From positions 62,001 to 126,000 of the forward strand of contig CAXIUT010000073.1 of assembly GCA_964035545.1 (NCBI GenBank): a DNA stretch of 64,000 nt. Reading direction: 5' to 3'. Both the position numbers and the translations under genes were made by a program. Origin of the DNA: Bugula neritina. Lineage: Eukaryota; Animalia; Bryozoa. Under the pieces are notes generated by a model that was not told where the DNA came from, searched no databases, and saw only the letters and a list, made by a program, of their open reading frames with translations. The stretch's first letter is position 1. The number at the start of each line of letters is the position of its first letter. Below are positions 25,701 to 38,100 of this stretch, piece after piece.

Positions 25701-26630
25701 AGTTCTGTTATTTGCAAGAGTTTTTCTGTCTGGTTGTCCATCAGCAAATTTTTGCGCCTTGCAGTTTTTATGGAAATACTAGTGATGCTGGAAGACCTTT
25801 GCATTGTACACCCGCCTTCACTATTGAATTTAGATGTTTTATTTTCCCATCCCCTCTCCTGCCCCCCTGTCCCCTCTAACAACCAGCAATCCTGACTCAT
25901 GTGAAATGTGTTATTGTTTTAGAGTTGGACCATGGGCCTACAGTATACGATTTGAAGCTTTATTGTTTACAGGCAGTCGAGATGAGTCACTGCTGAAACC
26001 CATTTTATTAGTAGACTATATTGCTCTTTAATCATCAGTTTTCATATTATAACAGAAAGCTCATCTGCAGCGCCATTTCACAGTATTATACTTTGCTAGA
26101 GCAATAACTAATTTTAGATGCCTTTGCAAACATATGAGAAATAAATGAGTCATTTTATGAAAAGAGGTGTTTGCAGCACTTGTCCACTTTTGATTTACAC
26201 GTGGCATGGAAACTTTTGTAGTTTTAAATAATATCTCCAAACTCATCACTTGCATGTGTTTATATACATGATAAAGTTTTTCATGCAAAACTTGATGCCT
26301 GCTTCAAAGACACCAGTGCTTGATTACTGTGTTAACTGTATTGGCACGTTGCCATTTGATATTTGGTAATATTTCGCATCACAACAAACTCTTCAGAAAG
26401 TTAAGAAAATTAGTCTAGAAAGTTAATGAAATAAACCTACCAGAGAGAGTAAGCCAGATGTAACAAGTAGATCCAAAACAAGTTGATTAACAATTGAAGT
26501 TGAAATCTCCATGTAGTGAACACTTTAGTCCTAATGTCAAATGCAAACGTCTGCAACCAAACTGTGTAGACTTCATGAGCTGGTTAGCTGACAGGACTCA
26601 TTAAAGTTCTTAACTCTTGTGTGTATAGTG
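13800..26630. repeat. 5-monomer higher-order duplication, period 6,694 bp, containing an internal 2-monomer (2,678 bp) duplication; boundaries approximate
   Basis: The +2-bp allele aaaattgtttg marks the units whose ORFs start at 14921, 17599, 21615 and 24293 (offsets 2678 and 6694). The rare ttcctttgcac plus aatactagtg unit recurs at 18737 and 25431. Confidence 0.88.
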
Positions 26631-29600
26631 TTGCCCATCTTGAACTAGAGAGGGCTGACTGAAGACTGCTACTTTGTGAAAATTGACAATGCATATTATT
26701 ATTATTCATTGTTGAGATTCACGGCTGCCATAAACAATGATAAAATATTCATTGTTGGTACTAGTGAGTAGAATAAAATATAATATAATAATTTCTTGAC
26801 AGATAAATAATATCATATACAGAATCTAACTTACCATAACTCTACAGTGCTTCACCTCTTCAACTTTTTCGGCAATGTTATTTCCTTCTAGTTAAAAGTA
26901 CTAGCTGAATATTAGACTTTGAAACATAACCCTTCAATTTCATTGCACCAGCACCGGTTGCAAGATAGGTGTGTTGGGAGTTATCTTTCCTAAAAATTTG
27001 TTTTCGGCGTTTATACGAAGCAGACACAGGCTAATATTAATTTTGTTATTTGCAAGAGTTTTTCTGTCTGGTTGTCCATCAGCAAAATTTTGCGCCTTGC
27101 AGTTTTTATGGAAATACCAGTGATGCTGGAAGACCTTTGCATTGTACACCCGCCTTTACTATTGAATTTAGATGTTTTATTTTCCCATCCCCTCTCCTGC
27201 CCCCCTGTCCCCTTTAACAACCAGCAATCCTGACTCATGTGAAATGTGTTATTGTTTTAGAGTTGGACCATGGGCCTACAGTATACGATTTGAAGCTTTA
27301 TTGTTTACAGGCAGTCGAGATGAGTCACTGCTGAAACCCATTTTATTAGTAGACTATATTGCTCTTTAATCATCAGTTTTCATATTAAAACAAACAGCTC
27401 ATCTGCAGCGCCATTTCACAGTATTATACTTTGCTAGAGCAATAACTAATTTTAGATGCCTTTGCAAACATATGAGAAATAAATGAGTCATTTTATGAAA
27501 AGAGGTGTTTGCAGCAATTGTCCACTTTTGATTTAGACGCGGCATGGAAACTTTTGTAGTTTTAAATAATATCTCCAAACTCATCACTTGCATGTGTTTA
27601 TATGCTTGATAAAGTTTTTCATGCAAAACTTGATGCCTGCTTCAAAGACACCAGTGCTTAATTACTGTGTTAACTGTATTGGCACGTTGCCATTTGATAT
27701 TTGGTAATATTTCGCATCACAACAAACTCTTCAGAAAGTTAAGAAAATTAGTCTAGAAAGTTAATGAAATAAACCTACCAGAGAGAGTAAGCCAGATGTA
27801 ACAAGTAGATCCAAAACAAGTTGATTAACAATTGAAGTTGAAATATCCATGTAGTGAACACTTTAGTCCTAATGTCAAATGCAAACGTCTGCAACCAAAC
27901 TGTGTAGACTTCATGAGCTGGTTAGCTGACAGGACTCATTAAAGTTCTTAACTCTTGTGTGTATAGTGATGCCCATCTTGAACTAGAGAGGGCTGACTGA
28001 AGACTGCTACTTTGTGAAAATTGACAATGCATATTATTATTATTCATTGTTGAGATTCACGGCTGCCATAAACAATGATAAAATATTCATTGTTGGTACT
28101 AGTGAGTAGAATAAAATATAATATAATAATTTCTTGACAGATAAATAATATCATATACAGAATCTAACTTACCATAACTCTACAGTGCTTCACCTCTTCA
28201 ACTTTTTCGGCAATGTTATTTCCTACTAGTTAGAAGTACTAGCTGAATATAGGACTTTGAAACACAACCCTTCAATTCCATTACACCAGCACCGGTTGCA
28301 AGATAGGTGTGTTGGGAGTTATCTTTCCTAAAATTTTGTTCTTGGCGTTTATACGAAACAGACACAGGCTAATATTAGTTTTGTTATTTGCAAGAGTTTT
28401 TCTGTCTGGTTGTCCATCAGCAAAATTTTGCGCCTTGCAGTTTTTATGGAAATACCAGTGATGCTGGAAGACCTTTGCATTGTACACCCGCCTTTACTAT
28501 TGAATTTAGATGTTTTATTTTCCCATCCCCTCTCCTGCCCCCCTGTCCCCTCTAACAACCAGCAAACCTGACTCATGTGAAATGTGTTATTGTTTTAGAG
28601 TTGGACCATGGGCCTACAGTATACGATTTGAAGCTTTATTGTTTACAGGCAGTCGAGATGAGTCACTGCTGAAACCCATTTTATTAGTAGACTATATTGC
28701 TCTTTAATCATCAGTTTTCATATTAAAACAAACAGCTCATCTGCAGCGCCATTTCACTGTATTATACTTTGCTAGAGCAATAACTAATTTTAGATGCCTT
28801 TGCAAACATATGAGAAATAAATGAGTCATTTTATGAAAAGAGGTGTTTGCAGCAATTGTCCACTTTTGATTTAGACGCGGCATGGAAACTTTTGTAGTTT
28901 TAAATAATATCTCCAAACTCATCACTTGCATGTGTTTATATGCTTGATAAAGTTTTTCATGCAAAACTTGATGCCTGCTTCAAAGACACCAGTGCTTAAT
29001 TACTGTGTTAACTGTATTGGCACGTTGCCATTTGATATTTGGTAATATTTCGCATCACAACAAACTCTTCAGAAAGTTAAGAAAATTAGTCTAGAAAGTC
29101 AATGAAATAAACCTACCAGAGAGAGTAAGCCAGATGTAACAAGTAGATCCAAAACAAGTTGATTAACAATTGAAGTTGAAATCTCCATGTAGTGAACACT
29201 TTAGTCCTAATGTCAAATGCAAACGTCTGCAACCAAACTGTGTAGACTTCATGAGCTGGTTAGCTGACAGGACTCATTAAAGTTCTTAACTCTTGTGTGT
29301 ATAGTGTTGCCCATCTTGAACTAGAGAGGGCTGACTGAAGACTGCTACTTTGTGAAAATTGACAATGCATATTATTATTATTCATTGTTGAGATTCACGG
29401 CTGCCATAAACAATGATAAAATATTCATTGTTGGTACTAGTGAGTAGAATAAAATATAATATAATAATTTCTTGACAGATAAATAATATCATATACAGAA
29501 TCTAACTTACCATAACTCTACAGTGCTTCACCTCTTCAACTTTTTCGGCAATGTTATTTCCTACTAGTTAGAAGTACTAGCTGAATATAGGACTTTGAAA

Positions 29601-32600
29601 CACAACCCTTCAATTCCATTGCACCAGCACCGGTTGCAAGATAGGTGTGTTGGGAGTTATCTTTCCTAAAATTTTGTTCTTGGCGTTTATACGAAACAGA
29701 CACAGGCTAATATTAGTTTTGTTATTTGCAAGAGTTTTTCTGTCTGGTTGTCCATCAGCAAAATTTTGCGCCTTGCAGTTTTTATGGAAATACCAGTGAT
29801 GCTGGAAGACCTTTGCATTGTACACCCGCCTTTACTATTGAATTTAGATGTTTTATTTTCCCATCCCCTCTCCTGCCCCCCTGTCCCCTCTAACAACCAG
29901 CAAACCTGACTCATGTGAAATGTGTTATTGTTTTAGAGTTGGACCATGGGCCTACAGTATACGATTTGAAGCTTTATTGTTTACAGGCAGTCGAGATGAG
30001 TCACTGCTGAAACCCATTTTATTAGTAGACTATATTGCTCTTTAATCATCAGTTTTCATATTAAAACAAACAGCTCATCTGCAGCGCCATTTCACTGTAT
30101 TATACTTTGCTAGAGCAATAACTAATTTTAGATGCCTTTGCAAACATATGAGAAATAAATGAGTCATTTTATGAAAAGAGGTGTTTGCAGCAATTGTCCA
30201 CTTTTGATTTAGACGCGGCATGGAAACTTTTGTAGTTTTAAATAATATCTCCAAACTCATCACTTGCATGTGTTTATATGCTTGATAAAGTTTTTCATGC
30301 AAAACTTGATGCCTGCTTCAAAGACACCAGTGCTTAATTACTGTGTTAACTGTATTGGCACGTTGCCATTTGATATTTGGTAATATTTCGCATCACAACA
30401 AACTCTTCAGAAAGTTAAGAAAATTAGTCTAGAAAGTCAATGAAATAAACCTACCAGAGAGAGTAAGCCAGATGTAACAAGTAGATCCAAAACAAGTTGA
30501 TTAACAATTGAAGTTGAAATCTCCATGTAGTGAACACTTTAGTCCTAATGTCAAATGCAAACGTCTGCAACCAAACTGTGTAGACTTCATGAGCTGGTTA
30601 GCTGACAGGACTCATTAAAGTTCTTAACTCTTGTGTGTATAGTGATGCCCATCTTGAACTAGAGAGGGCTGACTGAAGACTGCTACTTTGTGAAAATTGA
30701 CAATGCATATTATTATTATTCATTGTTGAGATTCACGGCTGCCATAAACAATGATAAAATATTAATTGTTGGTACTACTGAGTAGAATAAAATATAATAT
30801 AATAATTTCTTGACAGATAAATAATATCATATACAGAATATAACTTACCATAACTCTACAGTGCTTCACCTCTTCAACTTTTTCGGCAATGTTATTTCCT
30901 ACTAGTTAGAAGTACTAGCTGAATATAGGACTTTGAAACACAACCCTTCAATTCCATTGCACCAGCACCGGTTGCAAGATAGGTGTGTTGGGAGTTATCT
31001 TTCCTAAAATTTTGTTCTTGGCGTTTATACGAAACAGACACAGGCTAATATTAGTTCTGTTATTTGCAAGAGTTTTTCTGTCTGGTTGTCCATCAGCAAA
31101 ATTTTGCGCCTTGCAGTTTTTATGGAAATACCAGTGATGCTGGAAGACCTTTGCATTGTACACCCGCCTTCACTATTGAATTTAGATGTTTTATTTTCCC
31201 ATCCCCTCTCCTGCCCCCCTGTCCCCTCTAACAACCAGCAATCCTGACTCATGTGAAATGTGTTATTGTTTTAGAGTTGGACCATGGGCCTACAGTATAC
31301 GATTTGAAGCTTTATTGTTTACAGGCAGTCGAGATGAGTCACTGCTGAAACCCATTTTATTAGTAGACTATATTGCTCTTTAATCATCAGTTTTCATATT
31401 AAAACAGAAAGCTCATCTGCAGCGCCATTTCACAGTATTATACTTTGCTAGAGCAATAACTAATTTTAGATGCCTTTGCAAACATATGAGAAATAAATGA
31501 GTCATTTTATGAAAAGAGGTGTTTGCAGCACTTGTCCACTTTTGATTTACACGTGGCATGGAAACTTTTGTAGTTTTAAATAATATCTCCAAACTCATCA
31601 CTTGCATGTGTTTATATACATGATAAAGTTTTTCATGCAAAACTTGATGCCTGCTTCAAAGACACCAGTGCTTGATTACTGTGTTAACTGTATTGGCACG
31701 TTGCCATGAGATATTTGGTAATATTTCGCATCACAACAAACTCTTCAGAAAGTTAAGAAAATTAGTCTAGAAAGTTAATGAAATAAACCTACCAGAGAGA
31801 GTAAGCCAGATGTAACAAGTAGATCCAAAACAAGTTGATTAACAATTGAAGTTGAAATCTCCATGTAGTGAACACTTTAGTCCTAATGTCAAATGCAAAC
31901 GTCTGCAACCAAACTGTGTAGACTTCATGAGCTGGTTAGCTGACAGGACTCATTAAAGTTCTTAACTCTTGTGTGTATAATGTTGCCCATCTTGAACTAG
32001 AGAGGGCTGACTGAAGACTGCTACTTTGTGAAAATTGACAATGCATATTATTATTATTCATTGTTGAGATTCACGGCTGCCATAAACAATGATAAAATAT
32101 TCATTGTTGGTACTAGTGAGTAGAATAAAATATAATATAATAATTTCTTGACAGATAAATAATATCATATACAGAATCTAACTTACCATAACTCTACAGT
32201 GCTTCACCTCTTCAACTTTTTCGGCAATGTTATTTCCTTCTAGTTAAAAGTACTAGCTGAATATAAGACTTTGAAACACAACCCTTCAATTCCATTACAC
32301 CAGCACCGGTTGCAAGATAGGTGTGTTGGGAGTTATCTTTCCTAAAATTTTGTTCTTGGCGTTTATACGAAACAGACACAGGCTAATATTAGTTTTGTTA
32401 TTTGCAAGAGTTTTTCTGTCTGGTTGTCCATCAGCAAATTTTTGCGCCTTGCAGTTTTTATGGAAATACCAGTGATGCTGGAAGACCTTTGCATTGTACA
32501 CCCGCCTTTACTATTGAATTTAGATGTTTTATTTTCCCATCCCCTCTCCTGCCCCCCTGTCCCCTCTAACAACCAGCAAACCTGACTCATGTGAAATGTG

Positions 32601-35159
32601 TTATTGTTTTAGAGTTGGACCATGGGCCTACAGTATACGATTTGAAGCTTTATTGTTTACAGGCAGTCGAGATGAGTCACTGCTGAAACCCATTTTATTA
32701 GTAGACTATATTGCTCTTTAATCATCAGTTTTCATATTAAAACAAACAGCTCATCTGCAGCGCCATTTCACTGTATTATACTTTGCTAGAGCAATAACTA
32801 ATTTTAGATGCCTTTGCAAACATATGAGAAATAAATGAGTCATTTTATGAAAAGAGGTGTTTGCAGCAATTGTCCACTTTTGATTTAGACGCGGCATGGA
32901 AACTTTTGTAGTTTTAAATAATATCTCCAAACTCATCACTTGCATGTGTTTATATGCTTGATAAAGTTTTTCATGCAAAACTTGATGCCTGCTTCAAAGA
33001 CACCAGTGCTTAATTACTGTGTTAACTGTATTGGCACGTTGCCATTTGATATTTGGTAATATTTCGCATCACAACAAACTCTTCAGAAAGTTAAGAAAAT
33101 TAGTCTAGAAAGTCAATGAAATAAACCTACCAGAGAGAGTAAGCCAGATGTAACAAGTAGATCCAAAACAAGTTGATTAACAATTGAAGTTGAAATCTCC
33201 ATGTAGTGAACACTTTAGTCCTAATGTCAAATGCAAACGTCTGCAACCAAACTGTGTAGACTTCATGAGCTGGTTAGCTGACAGGACTCATTAAAGTTCT
33301 TAACTCTTGTGTGTATAGTGATGCCCATCTTGAACTAGAGAGGGCTGACTGAAGACTGCTACTTTGTGAAAATTGACAATGCATATTATTATTATTCATT
33401 GTTGAGATTCACGGCTGCCATAAACAATGATAAAATATTAATTGTTGGTACTACTGAGTAGAATAAAATATAATATAATAATTTCTTGACAGATAAATAA
33501 TATCATATACAGAATATAACTTACCATAACTCTACAGTGCTTCACCTCTTCAACTTTTTCGGCAATGTTATTTCCTACTAGTTAGAAGTACTAGCTGAAT
33601 ATAGGACTTTGAAACACAACCCTTCAATTCCATTGCACCAGCACCGGTTGCAAGATAGGTGTGTTGGGAGTTATCTTTCCTAAAATTTTGTTCTTGGCGT
33701 TTATACGAAACAGACACAGGCTAATATTAGTTCTGTTATTTGCAAGAGTTTTTCTGTCTGGTTGTCCATCAGCAAAATTTTGCGCCTTGCAGTTTTTATG
33801 GAAATACCAGTGATGCTGGAAGACCTTTGCATTGTACACCCGCCTTCACTATTGAATTTAGATGTTTTATTTTCCCATCCCCTCTCCTGCCCCCCTGTCC
33901 CCTCTAACAACCAGCAATCCTGACTCATGTGAAATGTGTTATTGTTTTAGAGTTGGACCATGGGCCTACAGTATACGATTTGAAGCTTTATTGTTTACAG
34001 GCAGTCGAGATGAGTCACTGCTGAAACCCATTTTATTAGTAGACTATATTGCTCTTTAATCATCAGTTTTCATATTAAAACAGAAAGCTCATCTGCAGCG
34101 CCATTTCACAGTATTATACTTTGCTAGAGCAATAACTAATTTTAGATGCCTTTGCAAACATATGAGAAATAAATGAGTCATTTTATGAAAAGAGGTGTTT
34201 GCAGCACTTGTCCACTTTTGATTTACACGTGGCATGGAAACTTTTGTAGTTTTAAATAATATCTCCAAACTCATCACTTGCATGTGTTTATATACATGAT
34301 AAAGTTTTTCATGCAAAACTTGATGCCTGCTTCAAAGACACCAGTGCTTGATTACTGTGTTAACTGTATTGGCACGTTGCCATGAGATATTTGGTAATAT
34401 TTCGCATCACAACAAACTCTTCAGAAAGTTAAGAAAATTAGTCTAGAAAGTTAATGAAATAAACCTACCAGAGAGAGTAAGCCAGATGTAACAAGTAGAT
34501 CCAAAACAAGTTGATTAACAATTGAAGTTGAAATCTCCATGTAGTGAACACTTTAGTCCTAATGTCAAATGCAAACGTCTGCAACCAAACTGTGTAGACT
34601 TCATGAGCTGGTTAGCTGACAGGACTCATTAAAGTTCTTAACTCTTGTGTGTATAATGTTGCCCATCTTGAACTAGAGAGGGCTGACGGAAGACTGCTAC
34701 TTTGTGAAAATTGACAATGCATATTATTATTATTCATTGTTGAGATTCACGGCTGCCATAAACAATGATAAAATATTCATTGTTGGTACTAGTGAGTAGA
34801 ATAAAATATAATATAATAATTTCTTGACAGATAAATAATATCATATACAGAATCTAACTTACCATAACTCTACAGTGCTTCACCTCTTCAACTTTTTCGG
34901 CAATGTTATTTCCTTCTAGTTAAAAGTACTAGCTGAATATAAGACTTTGAAACATAACCCTTCAATTTCATTGCACCAGCACCGGTTGCAAGATAGGTGT
35001 GTTGGGAGTTATCTTTCCTAAAAATTTGTTTTCGGCGTTTATACGAAGCAGACACAGGCTAATATTAATTTTGTTATTTGCAAGAGTTTTTCTGTCTGGT
35101 TGTCCATCAGCAAAATTTTGCGCCTTGCAGTTTTTATGGAAATACCAGTGATGCTGGAA

Positions 35160-38100
35160 GACCTTTGCATTGTACACCCGCCTTTACTATTGAATTTAGA
35201 TGTTTTATTTTCCCATCCCCTCTCCTGCCCCCCTGTCCCCTCTAACAACCAGCAATCCTGACTCATGTGAAATGTGTTATTGTTTTAGAGTTGGACCATG
35301 GGCCTACAGTATACGATTTGAAGCTTTATTGTTTACAGGCAGTCGAGATGAGTCACTGCTGAAACCCATTTTATTAGTAGACTATATTGCTCTTTAATCA
35401 TCAGTTTTCATATTAAAACAAACAGCTCATCTGCAGCGCCATTTCACAGTATTATACTTTGCTAGAGCAATAACTAATTTTAGATGCCTTTGCAAACATA
35501 TGAGAAATAAATGAGTCATTTTATGAAAAGAGGTGTTTGCAGCAATTGTCCACTTTTGATTTAGACGCGGCATGGAAACTTTTGTAGTTTTAAATAATAT
35601 CTCCAAACTCATCACTTGCATGTGTTTATATGCTTGATAAAGTTTTTCATGCAAAACTTGATGCCTGCTTCAAAGACACTAGTGCTTAATTACTGTGTTA
35701 ACTGTATTGGCACGTTGCCATTTGATATTTGGTAATATTTCGCATCACAACAAACTCTTCAGAAAGTTAAGAAAATTAGTCTAGAAAGTTAATGAAATAA
35801 ACCTACCAGAGAGAGTAAGCCAGATGTAACAAGTAGATCCAAAACAAGTTGATTAACAATTGAAGTTGAAATCTCCATGTAGTGAACACTTTAGTCCTAA
35901 TGTCAAATGCAAACGTCTGCAACCAAACTGTGTAGACTTCATGAGCTGGTTAGCTGACAGGACTCATTAAAGTTCTTAACTCTTGTGTGTATAGTGATGC
36001 CCATCTTGAACTAGAGAGGGCTGACTGAAGACTGCTACTTTGTGAAAATTGACAATGCATATTATTATTATTCATTGTTGAGATTCACGGCTGCCATAAA
36101 CAATGATAAAATATTAATTGTTGGTACTAGTGAGTAGAATAAAATATAATGTAATAATTTCTTGACAGATAAATAATATCATATACAGAATATAACTTAC
36201 CATAACTCTACAGTGCTTCACCTCTTCAACTTTTTCGGCAATGTTATTTCCTACTAGTTAGAAGTACTAGCTGAATATAGGACTTTGAAACACAACCCTT
36301 CAATTCCATTGCACCAGCACCGGTTGCAAGATAGGTGTGTTGGGAGTTATCTTTCCTAAAATTTTGTTCTTGGCGTTTATACGAAACAGACACAGGCTAA
36401 TATTAGTTTTGTTATTTGCAAGAGTTTTTCTGTCTGGTTGTCCATCAGCAAAATTTTGCGCCTTGCAGTTTTTATGGAAATACCAGTGATGCTGGAAGAC
36501 CTTTGCATTGTACACCCGCCTTCACTATTGAATTTAGATGTTTTATTTTCCCATCCCCTCTCCTGCCCCCCTGTCCCCTCTAACAACCAGCAATCCTGAC
36601 TCATGTGAAATGTGTTATTGTTTTAGAGTTGGACCATGGGCCTACAGTATACGATTTGAAGCTTTATTGTTCACAGGCAGTCGAGATGAGTCACTGCTGA
36701 AACCCATTTTATTAGTAGACTATATTGCTCTTTAATCATCAGTTTTCATATTAAAACAGAAAGCTCATTTGCAGCGCCATTTCACAGTATTATACTTTGC
36801 TAGAGCAATAACTAATTTTAGATGCCTTTGCAAACATATGAGAAATAAATGAGTCATTTTATGAAAAGAGGTGTTTGCAGCAATTGTCCACTTTTGATTT
36901 AGACGCGGCATGGAAACTTTTGTAGTTTTAAATAATACATCCAAACTCATCACTTGCATGTGTTTATATGCTTGATAAAGTTTTTCATGCAAAACTTGAT
37001 GCCTGCTTCAAAGACACCAGTGCTTAATTACTGTGTTAACTGTATTGGCACGTTGCCATTTGATATTTGGTAATATTTCGCATCACAACAAACTCTTCAG
37101 AAAGTTAAGAAAATTAGTCTAGAAAGTTAATGAAATAAACCTACCAGAGAGAGTAAGCCAGATGTAACAAGTAGATCCAAAACAAGTTGATTAACAATTG
37201 AAGTTGAAATCTCCATGTAGTGAACACTTTAGTCCTAATGTCAAATGCAAACGTCTGCAACCAAACTGTGTAGACTTCATGAGCTGGTTAGCTGACAGGA
37301 CTCATTAAAGTTCTTAACTCTTGTGTGTATAGTGATGCCCATCTTGAACTAGAGAGGGCTGACTGAAGACTGCTACTTTGTAAAAATTGACAATGCATAT
37401 TATTATTATTCATTGTTGAGATTCACGGCTGCCATAAACAATGATAAAATATTCATTGTTGGTACTAGTGAGTAGAATAAAATATAATATAATAATTTCT
37501 TGACAGATAAATAATATCATATACAGAATTTAACTTACCATAACTCTACAGTGCTTCACCTCTTCAACTTTTTCGGCAATGTTATTTCCTACTAGTTAGA
37601 AGTACTAGCTGAATATAGGACTTTGAAACACAACCCTTCAATTCCATTGCACCAGCACCGGTGGCAAGATAGGTGTGTTGGGAGTTATCTTTCCTAAAAT
37701 TTTGTTTTCGGCGTTTATACGAAACAGACACAGGCTAATATTAGTTTTGTTATTTGCAAGAGTTTTTCTGTCTGGTTGTCCATCAGCAAAATTTTGCGCC
37801 TTGCAGTTTTTATGGAAATACCAGTGATGCTGGAAGACCTTTGCATTGTACACCCGCCTTCACTATTGAATTTAGATGTTTTATTTTCCCATCCCCTCTC
37901 CTGCCCCCCTGTCCCCTCTAACAACCAGCAATCCTGACTCATGTGAAATGTGTTATTGTTTTAGAGTTGGACCATGGGCCTACAGTATACGATTTGAAGC
38001 TTTATTGTTTACAGGCAGTCGAGATGAGTCACTGCTGAAACCCATTTTATTAGTAGACTATATTGCTCTTTAATCATCAGTTTTCATATTAAAACAGAAA

